Assembly (NCBI RefSeq): GCF_002113885.1
Contig: NW_018403525.1
Coordinates: 5,894-69,893 of the forward strand
Reading direction: 5' to 3'
Source: Mizuhopecten yessoensis
Lineage: Eukaryota
Length of the DNA: 64,000 nt
The position numbers and the translations under genes are program-made. Position 1 is the stretch's first letter. Every line of letters starts with the position of its first letter. The notes below the pieces were generated by a model that saw nothing but the letters and a program-made list of their open reading frames with translations, did no database searches and was not told the DNA's origin. Below are positions 37,191 to 48,057 of this stretch, one piece after another.

Positions 37191-38362
37191 TTAGATCCAT
37201 GGCCTTGATACTTAGAGTTTCCTTGCCCACGACCTTGACCTTTACTCTGACCTTGACCCTTACTCTGACTTTGACCTTGACCTTTGTGGTATGACTTTTG
37301 ACTGTTTAGTTTTTCAAGTATTTTGTCAAACTTAGAGTCAATCTGAGAGACAACCTTCTCCTCCAATAGTTTCAACTTTTTGTCAAAGTCTTTCGAGATG
37401 TCACCTACGCTCAGTTGATCAACCTCGACTGAAACTGCTTGGTGCTGACCTTTTTTCTTTTGAGTAGTGTTGTTGGCCAATTCCAACTCGCTCTCCACTG
37501 TCCTGATCTCTCGTAAGAGTGAATCGTAATCAGTCAGGGTATCATACTTGTGACGAGTTTGACTCTTTAATTTATCAGAGTGTAGTGATGTCCAAAACTT
37601 ATGCCTAAGAAGATCATTTTTGGCGGATTTTGGTAATGACCCATTCTCAATCGCGATTTGCAATACTTGCTCTAATCTACAACCAAAATTGGTAGCTGGC
37701 TCATCAGGTTTTTGTTTGGAGTTAAAAAATTCTTGCATAATCATGCCATGTGTAGCTATATCTCCAAATAGAGCGTCTAGCTTGGTTAAAATCTCCTGTG
37801 GAGTGGCCTTCTCTCCCAAATGAACCAATGTCCTTCTGGCAACACCCCGCAATGAGCGGCGTATTGCCTGAACCACCGTACTCTGGGATAATTCCTGGTC
37901 TGACATGAGACAACGAATCTCATACCTCCAATCAGAGTACAGGACATCCCCTTTCAAAGGAGGGTTCTCACCTGAAAACAGAGGTGGTTTAGGGGTTTGT
38001 TGAGGCCTTGAGTAAAAACTGGCCTCCGAGAAACTATGATCGCCTGCCGCGATTGAGCTAGTTCTCGGCCTAGTATAGGCGTCCTCCTCCACTGGTGAGA
38101 GTATACTCACCCTAGGTTTAGGAGCAACAGCGGGGGAAGTACGAGAGCCATCCCGTTGCTTAGGGATAATAATATAGTTCCCCATAGCTTTTAGAGATTT
38201 GATCAGCTCTTCCTCACTCATACCTTTGACTTCCCCGTCCTCTTTTTTTAGGTCCTTAGGATCAATCCCTAAATTGCTTATCGCCTCTGTATCCTTCAAA
38301 GGAGGGGGTAATTTATACTGGGATTCTCCATCCTCTGAAGTTAGAGCATTTTTTTCAGCCAT
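37163..38362 (-). CDS. gag: Gag, PNMA-like capsid (399 aa), no CCHC knuckle
   Basis: PLFSG...YSDWRYEI...IRRSLRG...LDALFG...FFNSKQKPDE...RLE pattern typical of PNMA/Gypsy capsids; lies directly upstream of pol. Confidence 0.88.
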   Translation of the reverse strand: MAEKNALTSEDGESQYKLPPPLKDTEAISNLGIDPKDLKKEDGEVKGMSEEELIKSLKAMGNYIIIPKQRDGSRTSPAVAPKPRVSILSPVEEDAYTRPRTSSIAAGDHSFSEASFYSRPQQTPKPPLFSGENPPLKGDVLYSDWRYEIRCLMSDQELSQSTVVQAIRRSLRGVARRTLVHLGEKATPQEILTKLDALFGDIATHGMIMQEFFNSKQKPDEPATNFGCRLEQVLQIAIENGSLPKSAKNDLLRHKFWTSLHSDKLKSQTRHKYDTLTDYDSLLREIRTVESELELANNTTQKKKGQHQAVSVEVDQLSVGDISKDFDKKLKLLEEKVVSQIDSKFDKILEKLNSQKSYHKGQGQSQSKGQGQSKGQGRGQGNSKYQGHGSKKNQKSPKE

Positions 38363-38411
38363 GTTTGATCGAACTGGATTTCTCTTTTTTTTTTTACTTG
38401 AAATAGATAGA

Positions 38412-39125
38412 TCAAATACAATCGGAGAAAATCTTCTCCGTCAGGCGTTTCATCCAATACCGAGCTAATAACTCGGATGGATGGATCCCGTCCTTAAATA
38501 GATCGTAGGCGACGGTACGATTGCGCCGACGGCTTGAGTACCTCAATACATCGAGGTGAAACCTTAAGGAGGTGACCCCTACTTTCTCGTTAACCCGACG
38601 GATGTAGGAGTTTAAGAAGTCTATCCGACCAACCAATATCTCATCCTGTTCAATAAACTGCTCAGGGTTTTTATGTCCCTTGCATCTGTTCCATATCCCT
38701 ATACTATAAGGGGGAATCTCCAGGAATGTAAGTTTGACAGTTGGAAAATTTTGTAAAAAAACAACAATGGAGTCTATACTGCTCCTGACATACCCCTCAC
38801 ACTCTAAGTCTGAGGTATGTGCTAGGTTAATGTACCTTCCTACCTTGGTGGTAAGATCGCAGGTTCCCAACCAAACATATAAGACAATATTTTTATGTCT
38901 GCGCACTCGCTCAGGTAAAAAACATTGGAGCCAATGCAGTGCCTGACCAAAAGTACCCCCTGCCCTACACTGAAATTCCAGATTATAACCTAAATTTTTG
39001 ATGATATCCTCATTTCGTTTCAAAAAATAGCCTTTACTACTGGTCACAAGAATGGGATATTTATTCAGAAAATGGGGTGGGGTAACAGGCTTTTCTATAT
39101 ATTTGGTTAACTTACTTACACTCAT
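38412..39125 (-). CDS. SGNH/GDSL hydrolase-fold accessory protein (237 aa, ORF0)
   Basis: Correctly ordered blocks: I ILVTSSKG, II CRAGG, III VWLGTCD, V KDGIHP. Intact ATG to TGA, inside the LTR element. Confidence 0.8.
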   Translation of the reverse strand: MSVSKLTKYIEKPVTPPHFLNKYPILVTSSKGYFLKRNEDIIKNLGYNLEFQCRAGGTFGQALHWLQCFLPERVRRHKNIVLYVWLGTCDLTTKVGRYINLAHTSDLECEGYVRSSIDSIVVFLQNFPTVKLTFLEIPPYSIGIWNRCKGHKNPEQFIEQDEILVGRIDFLNSYIRRVNEKVGVTSLRFHLDVLRYSSRRRNRTVAYDLFKDGIHPSELLARYWMKRLTEKIFSDCI

Positions 39126-39781
39126 TTAGAAATATTCATGACTAAACACATGTGTACTAGGTTCTGAAAGTGCAAATGCTTTGAACTTACCTTGCATTCA
39201 TGTGCTTGGGAGACACTCAGGAAGGGATACGGGATATGGGAAGGTTTTGCTACTCATGGTAATTCTGGTGATGGTGATGATTATGACAACGATGATGATG
39301 ATGAATGCAGAAACGAGGATTAATGATCCCTGGTAAGACAAAAATTACGAATAAATATTAAACAATAAACATGTATAACGTACTAAATGTTGAAGTTGCT
39401 CAAAACAATTTTTTTTTTTTTTATAAATAAATTCAAATTTTTGGCAGTGTCCAAACTGGTTTCGGCATAATTTTCACACTTAGACGAAATCACATATGAT
39501 AAAGAGTTCTCCAGGTCAGTCGACTGGCGTTCACGCCCGTGTCCACCATCTTAACTGTCCTCTTTTCCTCCTTAAAAACCCTTAGGATTGACCTGCCGAA
39601 CCTTTTCCCAGGTCAGGTCCATCAACACCTCCACGCCATCATTTCCCCATGTAGGTAGTGTTCTCTTACTCTGGTTCCTTAGCGAACCGGAAGTCGCCGG
39701 TGTGACCTTCACCTTTGCGGGTAGGAGGGAATTCCGGAAAAACCATACACACAGGTTCGACGGCTGGCCCTGGTTTTATTT

Positions 39782-39793
39782 ACGTGGGCGCCA
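39782..39793 (-). other. Primer-binding site, tRNA-Lys-like
   Basis: TGGCGCCCACGT begins 2 nt after the 5' LTR and resembles the tRNA-Lys(CUU) PBS TGGCGCCCAACGT. Confidence 0.75.
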
Positions 39794-39795
39794 TT

Positions 39796-40278
39796 TGTAG
39801 CCCCTTGCCCCTCAAATTATAAGACGACAGGCTTGGATGTTTTATCTTGTTTATTCCCGTAGGAAAAACCTGTAATATTAACAAACGAATACAATAGATA
39901 CATTTGATAACACATTGACCTGAACTTACATACATCGAATTGAATACAAAGACGCGAGTATACAAGACGGTAAATTACAAACGTACAATGACAATGTGAA
40001 CATTACAGACAGACTTACCAGGGCTGATACGGATGGATGTTGACTCCTACGAGTCCTGAAGAGGAATGGCTGGAGAGAGTTGGGTTGGGACGTGACAGGA
40101 CTCCGGTCTGCCCGTGCATTCCGTTTATACTCCTCACCCCATTCAACCAATCATACGCACGCACGTACATACTGACATGTATTTACTTATGTAAGAATGA
40201 CAATGTTATGCACGTGATAGATGATGTGTTAGTGCAGTGAACCTAGTACACATGGGGTACAGGGTTACATGGGTTACA
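39796..40278 (-). repeat. 5' LTR (483 bp)
   Basis: TG..CA ends; adjacent to the PBS. Confidence 0.97.
40124..40151 (-). promoter_or_regulatory. LTR promoter: CCAAT element plus TATAAA
   Basis: Minus strand reads ATTGG...GAGTATAAACGG. An AATAAA lies at 39850-39855 near the LTR end. Confidence 0.55.
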
Positions 40279-42394
40279 TATCCTTTTTTTTAGGAATAAT
40301 AAATCGAAAAGAAGTTTACTTCACATAGTTTTATTTTATAACATGCCGTTCTTAAATAAAATAAATTAATATATCAAACAAACTGTGCGTTATCAATATA
40401 ATTATAAATAGAGAGGTCAGCATTTTGCATATTGATAATATTAATCATTATAGAAATATACTTTAAAGTGAAAGTATTTGATTTCCTGGTAACCTCCTAT
40501 GTGTTTTGTCATAGTAATATCGAAACATCATGCTTAGTTAACTTCTCCTTTCCCGCATGCCTTGATAGCTGAATTCAGACAAAGCTAGTTATCTCCTAAT
40601 TCGTTTATTTGACTATATTTGAAGAAAAAGTTTTTAAAAAAATCCAAGTTTGCCCATCCCACTTCACTGCGCATTTTTTCTTACTCGTATACACAGTTAA
40701 CTCCCCTTAATTTCGTCTTTTAGATAGTTTGACCAGGACATTGCGCGTGTATAACAATCTGAAATCAATGGTTGAAGTTCCCACCTGGATTTTACATTTA
40801 CTGTCGTTGGTTACATTTTGTTTATATAACCTTCATCGTTTTTCTTTGAAGTCCCGCAAGGTATGGTGTCTGTTTTCACAAATAGTTTATTATGGCAACA
40901 TATAAATCCTGCCCAACAGTTTCCTATGCGTATCAACGGGTTTGACATTGCTACGGGGATCACTTATTCATCAAATCGTGTTTTTTTTTGTGCCAGACAT
41001 ATATATACATGTTTGTGCGTTCTTAGTTTGAAACCTGGCACGTCCTTAAATGACCAAAGCTATTAATAGGACGTCGGACACAAACGAACCCAAACCAAAG
41101 CAATCTTAGGTTGGAGTGGCCATTGACACTCACCATCACACACTTGTACACCATATACGATGTAAAATGGTTGAGTTTTGAAGAAAAACCGCTGCGTCAC
41201 AATAAGCATTTGCTCATTTACCCCTGAGGACACATTTTAATTCGTCCAAATCAGAGGTTGGAATACTTCATTATGTAATTTCATGGGTGATCGAGTTAAC
41301 CAAATCTCCCGGATATGTGACACACGAGAGGGATTCGGATCGTACATTAAACAGTCATAACGACACAATAGATACATAGGTCAAAGACCACTGCTAATAT
41401 ACAGTGACGGTCACCGTTAGGACGAGAACCATACTTAGAAAAGGCCATTAAACCACTTCACACGTCAACCTCTGATAAAGTCCCGTCCACCCACGCATTG
41501 TACATGTGTACCGAACAGTAACCAGTGCTGACCGGTGTCCGGAGCGTTAATTTAACTGTAAATATCACCCTCGAACAGATCTATGTGATGTTAACCTGAT
41601 TGATGGAAGAGCCATATACACGAACGATAGGGAACCTAAAGGATAGCTACACTTACAGCGGAAGTGGGTCTGCACTCTGACAGTGCAACCTGCGCGAGGC
41701 AGAAATAGTAAAACGATCATATTAGGTATCTTAAATCAGATTCATCTGTTTGGAAAGATGTGATGTCAAAGTTTAACTTTCTTCACACGCAATATACGTA
41801 GTAAACATGTCGCATACGTGTAATGTTTAATACAATGTACGTACATTGTTTGTGTAGAAAGTAAAACTGAGAGATCCTATTAGGTCGTGTATAAGGACTT
41901 GGAAAACAAAGGTTCAAGATTTATACTGAAGTCTGGAAAGACCATAGATTTTTTACAGAAGCTTACCCTTTGCTGGTTACAATTAGTTTAAACCCTTCTG
42001 TATTCGTGCCAATTATAAAACATGTACATTCACAAAAAAACCCCATTTCATTCTGATGATTGAGAAACAAGAACTTTTGTACTTATACATAGTTCTTCTG
42101 ATGGTTACAATTACTAATAGGAAGGTTATAATAAAAAATACTGACTTTTCACACATATGGAGCTTTCCAATCCTGTAAAATGTATTGTCTGCAATTTCTG
42201 TGCAATATTTGGAGTCTTAAACAAGGTAAACTCAATTTGGAGCTCAGTCTATAGTCATTCCTTGTAGTGTGATCCCTTCAGCGATCAAAGCTATAGACAA
42301 CTTGGAAAATATTAACAAGACTCGCGGCTGTATAGAAGATATACATGAGATAATATTAAGATAATGCGCTGGTCTTAGCCGTAAGTAATTGAGA

Positions 42395-44380
42395 GAATAA
42401 TAAAGTTCGGCTCGCCGATTTCTAAGTTTAAATAATAAAGTTCGGCTCGCCGATTTCTAAGTTTAAATAATAAGGTCGGGCTCGCCGATTTTGAAGTTTA
42501 AATAATGGTCGGGCTCGCCGATAACTAAGCTTGAATAATAAGGTCACTTTGCCGATATCTAAGGATTAATAATAAAGTCGGACTCGCCGATAACTGTGCT
42601 TGAATATTTAGGTCGTGCTCGTCTATATCTAAGCTTGAATAAAAAGGTCAATTTGCCGATATCTAAGGTTAAATAATAAGATCAGGCTTACCGATATCTA
42701 AGCTGGAATAATTAGGTCAATTTGCCTATATAATTGTAAGGTTAAATAACTCATTGAATCTTACCGATATCTAAGCTTGAATAAAAAGGTCAATTTGCCT
42801 ATGTCTAAGTTTAAATAATAAACTGAGGTCTACTGATATCTAAGCTTGAATAAAAAGGTCAGGCTCGCCGATAACTAAGCTTGAATAATAAGGTCGGACT
42901 CGCCGATAACTAAGCATGAATAATTAGGTCAGGCTCGCCGACAACTAAGCTTGAATAATAAGGTCGGGCTCGCCGATATCTAAGCTTGAATAATAAGGTC
43001 GGACTCGCCGATATCTAAGCTTGAATATAAAGGTCAATTTGCCGATATCAAAGGTTAAATAATAAGATCAGGCTTACCGATATCTAAGCTGGAATAATTA
43101 GGTCGGGCTCGCCGATAACTAAGCTTGAATAATTAGGTCGGGCTCGCCGATAACTAAGCTTGAATAATTAGGTCGGGCTCGCCGATATCTTAGCTTGAAT
43201 AATAAGGTCGGACTCGCCGATATCTAAGCTTGAATATAAAGGTCAATTTGCCGATATCAAAGGTTAAATAATAAGATCAGGCTTACCGATACCTAAGCTG
43301 TAATAATTAGGTCGGGCTCGCCGATAACTAAGCTTGAATATAAAGGTCAATTTGCCGATAACTAAGCTTGAATAATTAGGTCAGGCTCGCCGATAACTAA
43401 GCTTGAATATAAAGGTCAATTTGCCGATAACTAAGCATGAATAATTAGGTCAGGCTCGCCGATAACTAAGCTTGAATATAAAGGTCAATTTGCCGATAAC
43501 TAAGCTTGAATAATTAGGTCGGGCTCGCCGATAACTAAGCTTGAATAATTAGGTCGGGCTCGCCGATAACTATGCTTGAATAATTAGGTCGGGCTCACCG
43601 ATAACTAAGCTTGAATATAAAGGTCAATTTGCCGATATCTAAGGTTAAATAATAAGATCAGGCTTACCGATATTTCAGCTGGAATTATTAGGTCAATTTG
43701 CATACATTATTGTAAGGTTAAATAACTCATTGAATCTTACCGATATCTAAGCTTGAATAAAAAGGTCAATTTGCCTATGTCTAAGTTTAAATAATAAATT
43801 GAGGTCTACTGATATCTAAGCTTGAATAAAAAGGTCAGGCTCGCCGATAACTTAGCTTGAATAATTAGGTCAGGCTCGCCGATATCTAAGCTTGATTATT
43901 AAGGTCAATTTGCCTATATCTAAGTTTAAATAATAAATTGAGGTCTACTGATATCTAAGCTTGAATTAAAAGGTCAGGCTCGCCGATAACTTAGCTTGAA
44001 TAATAAGGTCGGACTCGCCGATATCTAAGCTTGAATAATAAGGTCAGGCTCGCCGATATCTAAGCTTGAATATAAAGGTCAATTTGCCGATATCTAAGGT
44101 TAAATAATAAGATCAGGCTTACCGATATCTAAGCTGGAATAATTAGGTCAATTTGCTTTTATAATTATAAGGTTAAATAACTCATTGAATCTTACCGATA
44201 TCTAAGCTTGAATAAAAAGGTCAATTTGCCTATGTCTAAGTTTAAATAATAAACTGAGGTCTACTGATATCTAAGCTTGAATAAAAAGGTCAGGCTCGCC
44301 GATATCAAACTTTGTATAATAAGGTCAGGCTGGCCGATATCGAAGCTTGAGCAATAAAGTGAGACCCGCCGATATCTAAG
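42395..44380. repeat. ~35-bp minisatellite with higher-order blocks
   Basis: Unit AATAATAAGGTCGGGCTCGCCGATAACTAAGCTTG. An ordered run of variant units recurs three times. Confidence 0.93.
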
Positions 44381-45049
44381 CTATGGGTAAGTCGGAGAAT
44401 ACAAAGTCCAGATTTTCCACTGTATCTATGGGAACCTGACAACAGTCGGTAGATTCTATAACATCCTCGTTATTTGACATGTCGTCAGAAACTGAGGAAC
44501 CGTGGATGCGAGACGCGTGAAATGGATAGCGTTTGAAGTGAGTGATCTTGCGACGGAGCACAGGCTCGTTACAAATGTCTGAACTGTTTATGTGTGCTGT
44601 GACTCATATCAGTAGGTCTGTAACATATGTGTCAGTAGGTCTATAGAATATGTGTATTTCAGACATTCGTAACGAACCCCTGTTGATCAGTGCAGTGTAA
44701 CAGACGATATTTCTGATAAATTGCATGAGCGTTAAAATTGTTTCCATTGCCGGCATATTTTTTTTATTTTGCATATAAATTTACAATGACATTGTCAAAT
44801 CTCACAATGCCCAGCGACATTTCAGCAGCCGGCATGTTTATTTATATTGGATATTGTAGTTCCGGTCAGTGTTGTGTTAATACGCTAATAATTTTGTCTC
44901 ATGATGCATGGTAAACAAAGTCCCATCAACGACACAGCTTTCAAAGAGGCTATATAGTGACAATGCCATGCAAATGTTAATATATAGTTTATGAGCTATC
45001 TATTGGCTAAAACACTGAACGCGAAATGACGTCATCTGATAGCTAACCA

Positions 45050-45960
45050 GGTAAAGGAAGCGTTGTTTGCAGTGTATACCAAGATAAGAAATATTCCTTT
45101 ACCTATTGACTTACAACTTAAATTGTTTGATTCGCTAGTCTTTCCAATGTTATTCTATGCATGTGAAATCTGGGGATTTGAAAATGTAAGTATCATTGAA
45201 AAAATTCATCTGCAATTTTGTAAGAAAGTTTTACATGTTCGAAGAAGTACACCAAATTTTATGGTGTATGGCGAACTGGGCAAATTTCCAATAGAAATAG
45301 AAATTAAAGTTAAAATGCTAATGTTTTGGCATAAGTTAATAACAGGAGGAGATAAGGTATCTAGTGTATTCTATCGCCTAATACTAAAAATGCAAGAAAA
45401 TAAAACTGCAGAATTTAAATGGCTTGGATATATACAATCATTACTTAATAACACAGGGTTTACTAATATTTGTATATACCAAAACACATGTACAATGAAT
45501 AGATCACTCTTCAAAAATTTGCTTAAAAAACGTTTATGTTATCAATTTATTCAAAATTGGTTCTCTATTATTGACTCTTCGTCTCGTGGACAGCTCTGCT
45601 CTATCTTTAAAAACCAGTTTAATTTTGAATCATATCTAGTTAAGCTTAATTCCAGCGAACGTATAATTATCAGCAAATTTAGAATGTAGAACTTAAAATT
45701 ACCCATTGAAACTGGTAGATGGGTTGGTATACCACGTAATAATCGTACTTGTTTGCTATGTAATAATGGTATTGGGGATGAATATCACTATACATTTCAA
45801 TGTAATAATGCTACGATAACTAACTATAGACATAAATACATCGCACATTACTTTTATATTAATCCAAGTTTAGCTGAAGTGAGAGGTATGTTTGAAATTT
45901 GTAATCGACCCTTATTATCCAGAGTGAACTACTTTCTTAAAATGTCAAAAAAAAAAGTAT
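45050..45960 (+). mobile_element. 5'-truncated non-LTR retrotransposon ORF2 C-terminus (RTE-X-like), disabled
   Basis: LFDSLVFPMLFYACEIWG...HLQFCKKVL...VYGELG, an in-frame TAG at 45687-45689, then LPIETGRW...CLLC...DEYH...C zinc knuckle. Confidence 0.85.
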
Positions 45961-46452
45961 TTCACGCTGATTATTGTCATACAATTGCAGTTCATTCTAT
46001 AATTGCATAAATTTGTTATTCATTACCTTTACATGCTTATAATTTGCAAGCAATCATTATTATTCTTGAATGTGTTACTTTAATGCGTATTTAAAATAAT
46101 TATTCATATGTTACAATATTTACATTCTGTGTTGCATTTGCCTATATGTCGTTAGTAAACCAAATTGCTGTATATGAGACTGTATGCTACAATTTACAGT
46201 GATACGGCCAGTGTAGGAATACAGCTGGTACAAGGTAATCAAACATGGCCGCCCGATATTTTCGGTATCAATAGGCCTATAGTCGGAAAACATTCTGGGT
46301 TCGTTAGCATTTAGCAATATAGGTCATCGCAAAAAAATAAAGCAACTTGACAAATTATGACAATGTAAATTTATTATAAGATGTGTAGGTACCACAAAAT
46401 TATTTAAAGCGCCATTCTAGATACGAATTTACCAATTTTGTTAACGTCATCA

Positions 46453-46651
46453 CACAGGGGATCGGTTTCGAAATTTTGAGTTATGCATAACATCAGTGAA
46501 TAACCACAACACTAAAATTCAGCATTTCTAAAACCTTGTAAAAGTCGAGGGTATCGACAAGGTTTTAGAATGTGTATAAATACCTTTTTAAGTGTTGTGG
46601 TTTTTCAGTGATGTCATCCGTTACTCAAAATCACGAAACCGAGCCCCTGTG
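46453..46651. mobile_element. Foldback MITE, CACAGGGG termini, imperfect ~9-10-bp TSD
   Basis: Almost fully palindromic. Flanks are AACGTCATC and AACGTCGTC. Confidence 0.7.
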
Positions 46652-47178
46652 AACGTCGTCTGCTAGCGATGCTAATCTGACCGATTAGACATGGAATCTA
46701 TTTCAAACGAATTGTCATTGGAATCGTTATCACCTACTGAAAGGACCACTTTAATTAAACATTTCCGAGTACATATGCTTCTGAAAATAACGTAATATTC
46801 CAGTCGAAGGAAACATAAGTGTTTCCGAGGAAACAATCAAGTCTGTTCAGTGCCGCATCACTTCAAATTACATGTAATCTATCAATGCACGAAAAACAGC
46901 TTTAATTTTAAACAAGCAGAAGTTATGCAATTATTAACAATTTTTCAACATATACACACTCATATGAAATAAATAATAAAGTTAAGTTTGTGTTCAAACC
47001 ATTTTATGTGTGTGTGGTTTTCAATGACACGAGGGACTATATTATTTCTTCTGGAAATGTCGTCTGTTCTGGGATTTGAACTTACTGACGTCACTGATAT
47101 GATAAGCGGGAAATTCATACGTATTTTTGCTTCAGTTACTATAAAAAACAAACTATATACATGTAAATGTAAATATAA

Positions 47179-47335
47179 GCATTGAACTGTTAGCAGATGC
47201 AGGATACAGTCGAGATGAATCCAATTTGGGTAACAGATAAATATTCATGTCTCCCTAACCGGCAACATTCTATTTATCTGTCACACAAATTGCATTCATA
47301 TCGACTGTATACTGCCTCTGGTAACAGTTCAATGC
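47179..47335. repeat. Inverted repeat with ~65-bp arms
   Basis: GCATTGAACTGTTAGCAGATGCAGGATACAGTCGA... is mirrored by ...TCGACTGTATACTGCCTCTGGTAACAGTTCAATGC. Confidence 0.8.
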
Positions 47336-48050
47336 GTAAATGAACTTAGAAACTGTATAACCCTGTCTGCCGTATATGTTGTTTTGAATTTTTGACCTCT
47401 TGTTACACACACAAGTGTGTCAAGAGTGTAATACAGAATCTGAATATGATACTATTACATAAATGCAACGCTAATGTATCTTGCGCTTTTCACTGCAAAT
47501 TCCACATCTAATGTACAAACAATTACTTTAAAAACGAAGGGCGGGTTTCCGTCACACTAACAGTTGTCGTGAGAGACACACATTTTGCCTTTTTCGAGAT
47601 TAGTTATGGTCACGTTTGTCTTGCTGTTCATTAACTAAGACACTCAGTAATAAAGTTTTTTTTTCTTTCGCGTGTTTTTATATGTTGCTTCCTTCAACGT
47701 TTTCCTCTCCAACTTTTTTTCTCTATTTTTCTTTTTTCCCCTTTTTTGTTAATATGTGAAATTAAAATGGTAACCAACCATCAACTCTCGTTAAACTTAC
47801 ATCAAGATAAGTTTGGTATGAATGGGATTTCTCTCTCTCTCTCTCTCTTTATAAAAAATGATAACGTCTTACAAGAAGGATTTAATTTCAATAAAGCTTG
47901 CATACAGAAGTTTTTTTAATAACTCTGGCATACCAAGACGAGTTTCTGACTGGATCACGGATCGTGACGGTCATACAGTCATTGAACAGTAAGAAAGTCG
48001 ACTTTGTTGTATGACATTGCACTCAGTACCTCACAGTGTCGGTTTATCAG

Positions 48051-48057
48051 TATAAAA
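48051..48057 (+). promoter_or_regulatory. Possible TATA box of the secreted-protein gene
   Basis: TATAAAA about 700 nt upstream of the signal-peptide exon. The evidence is positional only. Confidence 0.25.

Larger units (their letters stand above)
31650..40278 (-). mobile_element. Full-length Ty3/Gypsy LTR retrotransposon with extra SGNH ORF
   Basis: TG..CA LTRs, TATC TSD (31646-31649 and 40279-40282), PBS, PPT, gag, and PR-RT-RH-IN pol order. Confidence 0.97.

Noticed and set aside
45063-46010. Host gene or active LINE
   Set aside because: Only the post-RT C-terminus is present, it is 5'-truncated, and it has an in-frame stop.
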